From a plasmid, in the sequence record NZ_CP085281.1: a stretch of DNA of 64,000 nucleotides; one strand, written 5' to 3'. Positions within the stretch are counted from its first letter, which is position 1. Each line of letters begins with the position of its first letter. Shown piece by piece: positions 38,345 through 47,688 of the stretch. Below the pieces are notes generated by a model that saw only the letters and a list, made by a program, of their open reading frames with translations, was not told where the DNA came from and made no database searches. A program made the position numbers and the translations under genes.

Positions 38345-39520
38345 TTAGCATCCATCGGGCACCCGCGCCACCCGGCGTCCGACGTCACGCACCAGTTCCG
38401 GCGACACCATGAAACCCTGGAACGCGACCGGTTCAGCCCCCGGTCTCGACACATACAACCCGCTGCCTCGCGCCGACGGCACCCGTACTGCATTGCTGCC
38501 GTCCATGGGATCTGATCCCATCGTGATGCGGTACGTGGTGTGGTTGGAGATTCGCCCAGCCGTGATGGGATCGAGGACCTGGTTGGCAATCAGGACGTGG
38601 ATGCCTAGTGATCGGCCCTTGCGCAACACGGATTCCACCGCGTAACCCAAGCCCGGATCTTGCCGCGTCAACTCTCCGAGTTCACTGAGCACCAACACGG
38701 TGTAGGGCAACGGCGGCAGGGCTCCGTCGACTACCTGGCTCCGGACATAGTGATAGTCCCCGATGGTCCCCGCCTGCGGGGCGGCGCGGACGGCGCGGAC
38801 GCTGCCCGCGCCGAAGTGCTCGTCGAGGTTCTCCACGCTCGGGTTGGTAGTCGGCTCATCCTCGACGGCCGTGTCCGCTTCCTCGATGCCCTCTGAGCCC
38901 GAGTCTGCATCGTCGGCGGGCAAGTCATCGACGCCGTCTGCGATCCAGTCCTCGTCGGACAGTGCATCCACCCGCCGCAGCGTCTCGATGCGGTCAGCAA
39001 TCAGCGCTGACAACAGCTCCGTGTAGTCAGAACCGTCCGGGACGGTGGTCACGTGCGGATAGTCGGCGAAGTTGGTGAAAGCCGTTTCCCCTTTGCCGCT
39101 GATCAACATCACCTGAAGGTTGTCGGGCGAATTCTGGGCACAGAGACCGAACAAGAGTGATTGCAGGACAGTCGTTTTCCCAGTACCGGTTGTACCCGAG
39201 AGAACACCGTGAGGGCCGTCGCCGCCCGAGAAGCCTTCTCGGAGATCCAGCCACACAGGGGACCCATCGACTTTCAGCCCGATCGGCGTGCGTAGGTGTG
39301 CGTTTGTCTCCTCCGGTAGTGGGCGAGCCCATAACGTCGTCACATCGGGAATGTCGCCCTGTCCGAGCCCGAGGAGCGAAAGTAACCGTTGCTGCGACGC
39401 GGTCGGGGACGCACCGTCCTTGTCAGCGTCGTCGAGTTGGCGCCGTGCGCGCATGTAAGACTCACCGGTAGCCGCTTGTTGGCGTCGTACCTTCTTTTTA
39501 CGCGAGGAATCACTAGACAT
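38345..39520 (-). CDS. single-domain FtsK/SpoIIIE-like ATPase
   Basis: Walker A GTTGTGKTTVLQSL. The Walker B region and an acidic insert are present. About 390 aa, one ATPase domain only. Confidence 0.7.
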   Translation of the reverse strand: MSSDSSRKKKVRRQQAATGESYMRARRQLDDADKDGASPTASQQRLLSLLGLGQGDIPDVTTLWARPLPEETNAHLRTPIGLKVDGSPVWLDLREGFSGGDGPHGVLSGTTGTGKTTVLQSLLFGLCAQNSPDNLQVMLISGKGETAFTNFADYPHVTTVPDGSDYTELLSALIADRIETLRRVDALSDEDWIADGVDDLPADDADSGSEGIEEADTAVEDEPTTNPSVENLDEHFGAGSVRAVRAAPQAGTIGDYHYVRSQVVDGALPPLPYTVLVLSELGELTRQDPGLGYAVESVLRKGRSLGIHVLIANQVLDPITAGRISNHTTYRITMGSDPMDGSNAVRVPSARGSGLYVSRPGAEPVAFQGFMVSPELVRDVGRRVARVPDGC

Positions 39521-39742
39521 CGAGAAACACACATCCCGTCCAAAGTCCTTGCCGCAGCAGCCCACATCTGCAATGCGACAGATCTCTGTCAGGGTGTGCG
39601 CGGAGCCCCGTGGACCTTGTCCTGGTCGATTGCGACCGATCGATGTGGGCGATCAATCCACTGCCAGGAGTCGCGCCGCCGCGGCGACGGCGCTGGCCCT
39701 AATATACCGCCCTCTCCGGCGACCGAGGGTCGCGCGCGGGGC

Positions 39743-40081
39743 CTATTTCAGCCCGGTCGCGGCGTCCGCGGTGGGACTCGCCGAACGAGTGGCGGTTGCG
39801 GTCTTGCTGACCTGGATGTCGAACTTCGTCCCGTCCTTGAAGTCGATCACCAGGCCGCCGTCGTAGTGCTTGATGATGTGCTCGGCAACGACCCGGATGG
39901 CCATGTCGGTGCAGTCTTCGTGATGCAGTCGCGACAGCCAGTCGTCCATGCCGGGGGCCAGCTCGCCGTCGTCGGGATCGATGATGTCTTCGCCGGCGAG
40001 AAATTCGGTGTGGGCCGGGTTGAGGAGTCCTACGTTCAGCTTCCCGGAGAATGGCCCTTCTTGAATTCCGAAGTACATCAT
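39743..40081 (-). CDS. hypothetical protein
   Basis: ORF only. Confidence 0.3.
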   Translation of the reverse strand: MMYFGIQEGPFSGKLNVGLLNPAHTEFLAGEDIIDPDDGELAPGMDDWLSRLHHEDCTDMAIRVVAEHIIKHYDGGLVIDFKDGTKFDIQVSKTATATRSASPTADAATGLK

Positions 40082-40115
40082 CGGTGGTTCTCCTTCATAG
40101 CGGGTGGGTGCTTGT

Positions 40116-41252
40116 TTATTCGGCGTCAGTGTCGTCTGTGGCGGCGGGTGGGCGGGCGATCAGAACTTTGTCGCGATGCTCGATCGGGAGGTCTGCCGGG
40201 CCCGCGATGTAGTCGGTGATCCAGATCGGCACGTGCCGATTGAGGCTGGGGTACCACTGGCGTCGCCAGTGCCCGCGAACCACCCACCGGTGCGAGTAGG
40301 ACCGGCTGGAGCCGTCCTCGCGCCGGCGGCCTTGATGTTCGGTGGCGTTGTAGCTCAGGTAGGTGATGGAGTCGGTGCGGGTCCGGCGGCGACCACGGCG
40401 ATCCTTGCCCGGCGATCGCACCGTCTGCACTTCGGCGCTGGCCAGCTTCGCCTGTCGCGCCAGATGACTGAGCGCGAACAAGGTGTTCATCGCATTGTCC
40501 GGTCGGATCTGTGAGTACTGCCCGTCGGCGCCGAACGGCTTGAACACCTCCACCGCGCTCGGCGGCTGATCGGTCATCGGTGGGCTCAGCCTGGCCTGCT
40601 CGAACGGCTGCGGCACATGCATGTCCGGATCGGTGAACCGATCAGACACGATGCGCCGAAGTCCCTCCACCTCAGCGAGATTGGCCGACACCATGCCCTC
40701 CGACGTCGTCACCCACCGCAACAACAGGGGTTCGGCCCTGTCATACAGGAACGCCACACCGGCCGGGCTCGGCAGATCCGCCAACGACAACGCGCTCTCT
40801 GCAACCTGCGCCGTTGCCGCGCTGCGGACGAGCGCCGTCATCTCCTCGGTACAGAAGATCGCGTGCCGAGTCTGGACACTGCCGCTGGCAAGCACCTGAC
40901 CGAAGTAGATCGCCCGAGTCGAGGAATAGTCCAGTCCTTCCTCGACGTTGTGCGTCCGCCACCGCTCCGCCATCTCCGCCGGCGTGGTGCCCAGGCGCTC
41001 CGCAGTCGAGGCGAGCCGCGCCGAGGGCTCGTCGACCTCGCCGCGGGCGTACGCCCGCCAGTCCTCATTGAGCAGATACCGCGGCTCGACGACCTTGATC
41101 GATTGGGCGGCGTGTGCGGTGAGCGCATCAAGCAGAACGGGCATGCTCTTGGGCGTCAGCGCATCCAGGACGAGATCAGCACGCCTCATCAAGGTGAGGT
41201 AGTCCGCATCCAGCACTACGCCCTTACTCAAAGCGTGGTCCCCCGCTTCCAA
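40116..41252 (-). CDS. conserved hypothetical protein, paralog 2 (C-terminal HRW-VRGHWRRQWYP motif)
   Basis: SYSHRWVVRGHWRRQWYPSLNRHVPIWITDYIAGP. Paralog of 37173-38288. Confidence 0.5.
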   Translation of the reverse strand: MEAGDHALSKGVVLDADYLTLMRRADLVLDALTPKSMPVLLDALTAHAAQSIKVVEPRYLLNEDWRAYARGEVDEPSARLASTAERLGTTPAEMAERWRTHNVEEGLDYSSTRAIYFGQVLASGSVQTRHAIFCTEEMTALVRSAATAQVAESALSLADLPSPAGVAFLYDRAEPLLLRWVTTSEGMVSANLAEVEGLRRIVSDRFTDPDMHVPQPFEQARLSPPMTDQPPSAVEVFKPFGADGQYSQIRPDNAMNTLFALSHLARQAKLASAEVQTVRSPGKDRRGRRRTRTDSITYLSYNATEHQGRRREDGSSRSYSHRWVVRGHWRRQWYPSLNRHVPIWITDYIAGPADLPIEHRDKVLIARPPAATDDTDAE

Positions 41253-41270
41253 GCTGCTTCTTGGTGGTGG

Positions 41271-41495
41271 TTAGGCAGCGCCGCCGCTGATCAACGTCAG
41301 TATCGGTTTACCGGTCGTGGCAGCCGGCGCTGCCGGCGCCTGGTCGTTGAGCATGTCGTAGGCGGCTGACCGGATGGTGACCACCTCCAGCGGGCCCAGG
41401 TCGTTGACTCGACCCAAGTAGTCGGCGATCTCCTCAGGGCTCATTCCGTCGTCGAGGTATCCTCGAATCACGTTGCGTTGCAATATGTTCAGCAT
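41271..41495 (-). CDS. small HTH-like protein, a paralog of 10540-10722
   Basis: GMSPEEIADYLGRVNDLGPLEVVTIRSAAYDMLN aligns with the 10540-10722 product. Confidence 0.4.
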   Translation of the reverse strand: MLNILQRNVIRGYLDDGMSPEEIADYLGRVNDLGPLEVVTIRSAAYDMLNDQAPAAPAATTGKPILTLISGGAA

Positions 41496-41512
41496 TTGGG
41501 TCTCGTCTCTCT

Positions 41513-41896
41513 TCAGTTCGCTACGACCATCACTTGGCATTGGATGCCTGCTGCGGCGCTGAGGGAGGCGTCGGCGGTCACGACCGTGCAGTCCAGCGCT
41601 TCGGCCAGCGCGACGTAGCTGGCCGCGCCGGCGTCGAGGACCTCGCGCAGTTCCCACACCCGCGGGAGCAGTCCCAGCTCGCCGACCCGCCGGACTCCCA
41701 GGCCACGCCAGGCGTTCACGGCCGCCTGCGCCGTCTTCTCGTCGAGCTGCCCGAGCGCCAGGCAGCGCCGCAAGCCGTTGACCACCTCGATGTCGATCAC
41801 CTCCGGGGCCCATACCCGGTCACTGGCCAAGACCTTGCGGGCCTGCCCGGCATTGAGCAGCCCAGCCAGCGCGGCGGAGGCGTCCACGACGATCAC
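41513..41896 (-). CDS. vapC: PIN-domain toxin VapC
   Basis: VIVVDASAALAGLL at the N-terminus with conserved acidic residues. A GTG start overlaps the vapB stop (GTGA). Confidence 0.6.
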   Translation of the reverse strand: MIVVDASAALAGLLNAGQARKVLASDRVWAPEVIDIEVVNGLRRCLALGQLDEKTAQAAVNAWRGLGVRRVGELGLLPRVWELREVLDAGAASYVALAEALDCTVVTADASLSAAAGIQCQVMVVAN

Positions 41897-42114
41897 TTTC
41901 CTGAACGTCCCTCGTCGACCGCGGCGACGATGTCGGTGGTGTCCACGCTGAGATCGGGTAATGCTGCCAGGAGGTCGGCGTTGTCGGCGCGCCGTGCCGC
42001 TTCGGCCAGCTCCCGCATCGCGTAGGTGTTCACCGAGACACGCTCGCGGGCGGCGAGCCGTTCGAGCCGTTCGATCACGTCGGCTGGCACGTTCCGTAGG
42101 TACACCGTTCCCAT
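41893..42114 (-). CDS. vapB: VapB-type antitoxin
   Basis: 73-aa MGTVYLRNVPADVIERLERLAARERVSVN RHH/AbrB-like N-terminus, upstream of the PIN gene. Confidence 0.55.
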   Translation of the reverse strand: MGTVYLRNVPADVIERLERLAARERVSVNTYAMRELAEAARRADNADLLAALPDLSVDTTDIVAAVDEGRSGK

Positions 42115-42148
42115 GTTGCACAATGCTAGCAGAATGCAACATCCGTCT

Positions 42149-43219
42149 CTATGCGCCTGCCTGGAGCGCCACCACCGACTCCGTATCGGCAAGCCCATGC
42201 GCGTACGCGTAACGATCCGCCTTCTCCAACAACCGCCGGATCCGCCCCGCCATCGCATCCTTCGACAACGGCGGCACCGCCAACCGCCCCAACTCCTCCA
42301 ACGTCACCGACCGATGCTCCAGACGCAGCCGCCCCGCCTCAACCAGGTCCTCCGGGACGCCATCGCCCAGGATCTCCAGCGCACGCTCCACCCGCGCCGC
42401 CGCCGTCGCAGCAGCTGCCGCCGCCCGATGGGTGTTCTGCTCCCGGAAACCTTGGGCCGCACGCCCAGCGGGTGTGACCTGATGGCGGCCACACCGCTCG
42501 ACCCACCGCGCTGCCGACTCCACCGCACCCATCGCCACGAGCAGCGCCGCGACCGCCTCGTCATCGGACACCACCACCAGCACCGCGCCCCGCACCTCGC
42601 GGACTTTCGCCGCGACGCCCAGGCGCCGCGCGGCACCGGCCAAAGCGATGGCAGCCTCCAACGCCGGCGCCTTCACCTGCAATGCCCGTGCCCGTCCCGG
42701 CTTACTGAGTTCCCCGCTGGCCATGAACGCTCCTCGCCATACCGCTCGCATGGCGTCGCGATCGCCGGCGACCACAGACGGCGGAAGACCGCGCACACGC
42801 TGGCCACCTCGATCGACCAGACCGACCCGCCGGGCGAATTCCTCGACGTCGTGGCGGATCTGCACTTCATGGCAGCGAGGGCGGTACTGGCGCACCTTCG
42901 ACGCCGAGACAACGCTGCGGCCCGGCTTCACCCTCAGCAACACCCTGGGCTCGTAAAGGTCCTTGATCATGACGTGCAGCCGGCGCGCGGCCTCGACGCT
43001 GTCCAGCTCGGCGGACACGATCGACTGTCCGTCGACGCAATCCAGGACGCCGGCGAACCGCATCACGGTGGCGACCTCGACGCGCCGCAGGGCCGGTGAC
43101 TGCACCGGCACGCCGGACAACTCGAGCTTCACTTCACTGGCCACCTGCTTGAGCCTTCCCACTCGGCGATCACTCCAGCCTAAGGCGGGTTTCGGGCCCA
43201 AACCGTTGCCGAACGACAT
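42149..43219 (-). CDS. whiA: WhiA-family DNA-binding protein (paralog-like copy)
   Basis: AAATAAARVERALEILGDGVPEDLVEAGRLRLEHRSVTLEELGRLAVPPLSKDAMAGRIRRLL matches the WhiA C-terminal HTH region nearly position by position. The LAGLIDADG-like core is also conserved. Confidence 0.8.
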   Translation of the reverse strand: MSFGNGLGPKPALGWSDRRVGRLKQVASEVKLELSGVPVQSPALRRVEVATVMRFAGVLDCVDGQSIVSAELDSVEAARRLHVMIKDLYEPRVLLRVKPGRSVVSASKVRQYRPRCHEVQIRHDVEEFARRVGLVDRGGQRVRGLPPSVVAGDRDAMRAVWRGAFMASGELSKPGRARALQVKAPALEAAIALAGAARRLGVAAKVREVRGAVLVVVSDDEAVAALLVAMGAVESAARWVERCGRHQVTPAGRAAQGFREQNTHRAAAAAATAAARVERALEILGDGVPEDLVEAGRLRLEHRSVTLEELGRLAVPPLSKDAMAGRIRRLLEKADRYAYAHGLADTESVVALQAGA

Positions 43220-43259
43220 GATCTGCGGGGCACTTCGGCGGGTCGAGGAGTCGCTGCAG

Positions 43260-43856
43260 CTATTGCGACAGCAGATTTGCCCACCAAGCGATGCCGGGGT
43301 TCAGACGGACTGCCACATCCTGCACGTGCCGCTTGTCGCCTTCATAGAACCCCGGAACACTGGCGCCATTGGGCAGCGCACCCGAGGACATCCATTCGTT
43401 GAAGGTGTCGAACATCGCAGTCATGCTCAAGAACACCGGGGCTGGAATCTCACCCAGGAAATCGTCGATGACTCGACGGTTGCCGGTCTCGTCTGCCTGG
43501 GTCTCAACCAGGTAGGCATTGCCGTCATCTTGCAGCAACGGGAACGCGTCCTGCCACGGCGGTTCCGCGTAGTCGTTCGACCGCCGATAAGCCCACTCTT
43601 GAAGGGCATCCTCGAAGCTCAACAGCCAGTAAATTCCGTAGAACCTCGGCTGATCGGGACCGTATTGGTAGCCCGAGACCAGGTTGAACGCCCCGTAGAA
43701 CTCGCGGATATCCGATGGTGGTTGCGGCAGCCCGGCCTGACCAAGCAGGTCATCCATTCGCTTCACCGAAACGCCCGGAAGCAGGTACCGGGTGAACTCA
43801 TCGCCCGCTGCCGATAGCCGCTCGAACAGCCGGGTCGCCGACTCAACTACTGACAC
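43260..43856 (-). CDS. SMI1/KNR4 (SUKH)-like protein
   Basis: The pattern F..DDGNAYLVE...G.V.D.....P.......FL and size ~200 aa fit SUKH-1 immunity proteins. Weak. Confidence 0.35.
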   Translation of the reverse strand: MSVVESATRLFERLSAAGDEFTRYLLPGVSVKRMDDLLGQAGLPQPPSDIREFYGAFNLVSGYQYGPDQPRFYGIYWLLSFEDALQEWAYRRSNDYAEPPWQDAFPLLQDDGNAYLVETQADETGNRRVIDDFLGEIPAPVFLSMTAMFDTFNEWMSSGALPNGASVPGFYEGDKRHVQDVAVRLNPGIAWWANLLSQ

Positions 43857-43952
43857 CGGCTCAGACTAAGGGGGCTCGCGTGAACCGATTCTCCTGCGAC
43901 AGTTGACCGGAGATAACGGCCGGGGCCGTGCCATTTCCCCTGGTCAGGCCAG

Positions 43953-44921
43953 TCAGCGGCGTTCACGGGCAAGGTCTCCGTCGGTGAACCGTGCGATGGC
44001 TTCCCGCACGGCCGCGCCCATGGCGGGGCTGCCGGTATGTCCGGAGTCCTCGATCACCACCAGCTCGGCGGCCGGCCACGCCTGGGCCAGCTCCCACGCT
44101 GAAATCAGCGGACAGGACAGGTCCAGACGACCGTGAATGAGAATCCCAGCGATTCCGGCGAGCCCTCCTGCGTCGCGCAGCAGCTGATCCTCGGTCAGCC
44201 ATCCGTAGTGAGCGTAGAAGTGTGTGCAGATCCGCACGAACGCCAACTTCTCCTCCGCGGGCTTGGCGCTGAACTGGCCTGGCCGCCCGTGTGTTTCGTG
44301 CGCGATCGCCGCGTCCTCCCACAGGCCCCACTCATGGGCGGCGTGGTCACGCACGCTTCGGTGGGGGTGTTCCATGAGCTGCCGGTAGGCCTCGACGAGA
44401 TTGCCACCTCGCAGATGTGTGGGCACCGCGGCCCGGAACCGGTCCCACTGCTCGGGAAGCAGAATCCGCAATCCGCCGTACAGCCAATCGATCTCGCGAC
44501 GACGAGTTGTCGAGATGCTGATCAGGATGATGCCTTCGACCCGCTCTGGATGGCGCTGCGCGTACGCCAGGATGAGCGTCGAAGCCCAGGAGCCGCCGTA
44601 CAGCAACCACCGCTCCACGCCCAGGGCCTGCCGTAGCTTCTCCATGTCGCCCAGCAGGTGTTCCGTGGTGTTGACGCTCATATCCGTGGACGGGTCCGCG
44701 GCGCTCGGCCTGCTGTCCCCGCAGCCACGCTGATCGAACGACACAATGCGAAAGACGCTGTGGTCGAACGCTTTATGGGCGGTGCGGGAGCGGCCACTAC
44801 CGGGCCCGCCGTGAACGAGCAGCACGGTGCGACCCACCGGATTGCCGCGCTCCTCCCAGAACATCTGGTTGCCGTCGCCGACGTCGAGCCAGTCACCCAT
44901 CAGCGACGGCTCCCGGCTCAC
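43953..44921 (-). CDS. pip: prolyl aminopeptidase (alpha/beta hydrolase)
   Basis: LLVHGGPGSG ... GGSWAS nucleophile. Typical Pip length (322 aa). Confidence 0.8.
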   Translation of the reverse strand: MSREPSLMGDWLDVGDGNQMFWEERGNPVGRTVLLVHGGPGSGRSRTAHKAFDHSVFRIVSFDQRGCGDSRPSAADPSTDMSVNTTEHLLGDMEKLRQALGVERWLLYGGSWASTLILAYAQRHPERVEGIILISISTTRRREIDWLYGGLRILLPEQWDRFRAAVPTHLRGGNLVEAYRQLMEHPHRSVRDHAAHEWGLWEDAAIAHETHGRPGQFSAKPAEEKLAFVRICTHFYAHYGWLTEDQLLRDAGGLAGIAGILIHGRLDLSCPLISAWELAQAWPAAELVVIEDSGHTGSPAMGAAVREAIARFTDGDLARERR

Positions 44922-45895
44922 CGTGAGGCGGGCGGGGCGACGACGGTCGTCGTCGGAGCAACCGGGGCCGGGCCCGCCGGGGCAGCGCTACCAGCCGCGG
45001 GGGTGCCGGAGCTGGCGGCCGGAGCCGCGGCGGTCGGGGCCGGCGTCGGGCTCACTTCAGTACCTGACGGTGTGCTCGCCCCCGTAGACGGGACCGGTGT
45101 TCCCGTGCTGCCTGGCACCGGCGTGCCTGTGCTGCCAGGCACCGGCGTGCCTTGACTTCCTGGGGCGACCGGGGTGCCTGCACTACCTGGTTCGGCTGGG
45201 GTTCCGGCGCTACCTGGGGAAACGGGTGTGCCCTGGCTGCCCGGAACGGGCGCGCCGGCGCTGGCCGGCGCTGCCACAGGAGTGGCGCCCGCCGGCGCGG
45301 CCTCAGCCGCGGCCGTAGGAGCCGCCCCGCCTGTTGCTGAACTCGCCGACGATCCCGAACCGGACGACGCAGTCCGCGGCGGTGCGGGCGGCGGCTGCAC
45401 CCACACCGCGAGATCCGGGCCACCTGCGTTGTAGACCACGCTGTCGGGGACATCACCGGTGACGTCGAAGTACACCTTGCCCGAGGTCTGCTGTCCCTGG
45501 GCCAGCGCAGCCGGGTTGACCCCTTGCGGTGTCGCCACACCGAAGAGCACCCGGTAGGTCTGACCACTGCGGGCCCGGGCATTGAGATTGGACACCACGG
45601 GCTGCACGGTGCCCCGCACTGCTACGTCGGAAGCCGTTGCCTCCCAGAGCGTTCCGGCCACCGCGTACGGGATGGCGTCCGCGCTCGGCTTGAGGCCCGT
45701 GACCGTCCACGCCTGCACCACATCGCCATTGACCAGCTGGGCTGGGCCCCCCAGCGTATGGATCACCGAGTCCTCAGCCGAGGCCACGGGCGCGAACACC
45801 GCCCCAACGCTGACTACCGCGGCGGCGGCGATCACGGCTCTCGAAGCAGCACTCAACGGTTCATCTCCTTGATCGACGAAGCGGCTATCAACCAA
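44918..45895 (-). CDS. secreted protein with possible MPT63-like (DUF1942-like) domain and C-terminal Pro/Thr/Gly repeat
   Basis: Signal-like AVIAAAAVVSVGAVFAPVASA. The MPT63/DUF1942-like assignment is low confidence and rests only on the overall architecture. The C-terminal GSQGTPVPGSTGTPVPGSTGTPVP repeats are evident. Confidence 0.5.
   Translation of the reverse strand: MVDSRFVDQGDEPLSAASRAVIAAAAVVSVGAVFAPVASAEDSVIHTLGGPAQLVNGDVVQAWTVTGLKPSADAIPYAVAGTLWEATASDVAVRGTVQPVVSNLNARARSGQTYRVLFGVATPQGVNPAALAQGQQTSGKVYFDVTGDVPDSVVYNAGGPDLAVWVQPPPAPPRTASSGSGSSASSATGGAAPTAAAEAAPAGATPVAAPASAGAPVPGSQGTPVSPGSAGTPAEPGSAGTPVAPGSQGTPVPGSTGTPVPGSTGTPVPSTGASTPSGTEVSPTPAPTAAAPAASSGTPAAGSAAPAGPAPVAPTTTVVAPPASR
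45093..45270. repeat. degenerate ~21-24 nt tandem repeat inside 44918-45895 (encodes G-T-P-V-P-G-S heptads)
   Basis: accggcgtgcctgtgctgccaggc repeated at least 6 times with drift. Confidence 0.5.
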
Positions 45896-46085
45896 AAGCT
45901 AACAGCGCTGGCCACCGAAACCGCCTCCCGCGGGCCAGTGGAATCCCATTGCTGCGACGGGGCCTCGCACGTTATCGATCCTCGGCCATCCCGCAGCCCC
46001 TCTAACCAGGCCACATGCCACGTCCCCATCAATTGCCCAGCCGCCACACGCTCGCCAACGCCTCGAACGGAAATACCCTTGACCG

Positions 46086-46970
46086 ATGGACTGGCCAGAC
46101 GCAGCCGCGGGTCGCGATCGCCGCCAAAGCGGCGACTTCGACGTCGACTGGCCATACCGCGACCACGACGTCGCCGGCTTCCTCGCCCACGCAACCCCAG
46201 TCGGAACCATCGACGAGGACGCGCTCCCACCACAACTCGCCGCCAAGCGCCGACGCCGCGGCCACCAACACACCACCTATCCACCAATCACCTGGCGCCA
46301 ACTCGCCACCCATCCCGCATGGCGCTACACACCATCCGAACGCCGCGCCCTGCGTGCCGCCACCATCTGCTGGCCCACCTCGCGCGAGGACCTCGCCGGC
46401 TACGCCAACGCCGACGTCCTCGAAGCCGAATGGGACGCCCGCTTCGGCCACACCCACTACACCCACGCCGGCGCCGCCGCGCTCGTCTGGCCCGAACCAA
46501 ACGCCATCACTGCGGCCTACAGATCAGCCAAATCCGCGCGCCACAGCCGACTCTGGAAGACCGACCTCCTCGATGTCCACCACGCTCGCATCGATATCGA
46601 CGGCCGCCTCAACCTCATCGTCGCCGCGGCCCACCGGCTGTGGCGGACACACGCCGACACGCACCTGCACTTCGGCTCCACCGACACCGATGACTGGACG
46701 CGACTACTGACAGCCATCGACGCCCTCACCGAATACGCACGCATTCTCAATGGTCGGGCAGACCGACTGATCGCCTACCGCGAGATCCTGTGCCTCGACG
46801 TAGAGGACCGCTGGATCCGACTCGAGTTCGGCCTGCCGCTGGAATCGACCGCGCTGGACCGCCAGGCCCTCGATCGCGTGGTTGAGCAGGAACTATCTGA
46901 CCTCCTCGATGGGCTGGCCAGCACGGTTCGAGATGCCGACGTCCCGCCGTCGTTGGGAGCGCCGGAATGA
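46086..46970 (+). CDS. hypothetical protein
   Basis: ORF with coding-like composition. Confidence 0.35.
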   Translation: MDWPDAAAGRDRRQSGDFDVDWPYRDHDVAGFLAHATPVGTIDEDALPPQLAAKRRRRGHQHTTYPPITWRQLATHPAWRYTPSERRALRAATICWPTSREDLAGYANADVLEAEWDARFGHTHYTHAGAAALVWPEPNAITAAYRSAKSARHSRLWKTDLLDVHHARIDIDGRLNLIVAAAHRLWRTHADTHLHFGSTDTDDWTRLLTAIDALTEYARILNGRADRLIAYREILCLDVEDRWIRLEFGLPLESTALDRQALDRVVEQELSDLLDGLASTVRDADVPPSLGAPE

Positions 46971-47039
46971 TTCCTCACGCTGCCGTGTTGCAATGTGCTA
47001 GCATGGTGCTATCAATCTAGTCTCGGAAGGAGGCCCGCC

Positions 47040-47672
47040 ATGGCACAAAACGCACAGCTGGACGCTCCCTTTACCAGTGACGCACCGAACTGGGAGAGCT
47101 ACGCTTTACCCATGGAGGGAAACCGACCGCCCCTGAGCGCACCACCTGGGCCTCCCGCCCAGTGGCCGCCCTACTATCCGCCCGCCAAGCCGGCGCGGCG
47201 GTGGCTTCCCGTCGCCATCATCGTCGCAGCCATCATCATCGCCACGGCGATCATCGGCGCTGTCGTCCTGACCCGCAGCCCCAACACCGCTGCCCCTGCC
47301 GCCGGCCCGGCCCCGACCGCGATCGGCAGCGCGCCCGCTCAAGCCGGCAACACCGCTAGCAACTCGACCTGCGAGGCATGGCCATCTACAAAGGCCGCGC
47401 TCAACGCGATCCCGCAGCTGCCATCGGGATGGGACTGGAACACCCCCAATATCGACACGTACATCCAGAACCGGACGGCTGCGATCGCCAAAGCCCTTGA
47501 TCTCTTCGAGCCGGAGATCTCCGGCGAGCCAGCCGCTACGACGGCACGGCAGTACGTTGCTGAGCGCCGCAATGAGATCACCATGCTCCGCAATCACACC
47601 TACACGCAGGCGGATGGTGTGGCTGCAACGGCTGCATCTGCACGGCTTGATCAGCTCTGTGGTGTGAGCTAG
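47040..47672 (+). CDS. membrane-anchored hypothetical protein
   Basis: ATG preceded by GGAAGGAGG. One TM helix (WLPVAIIVAAIIIATAIIGAVVL), a Pro-rich N-terminus and an extracytoplasmic C-domain. Confidence 0.45.
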   Translation: MAQNAQLDAPFTSDAPNWESYALPMEGNRPPLSAPPGPPAQWPPYYPPAKPARRWLPVAIIVAAIIIATAIIGAVVLTRSPNTAAPAAGPAPTAIGSAPAQAGNTASNSTCEAWPSTKAALNAIPQLPSGWDWNTPNIDTYIQNRTAAIAKALDLFEPEISGEPAATTARQYVAERRNEITMLRNHTYTQADGVAATAASARLDQLCGVS

Positions 47673-47688
47673 GGCGGTAGTCGAGGAC

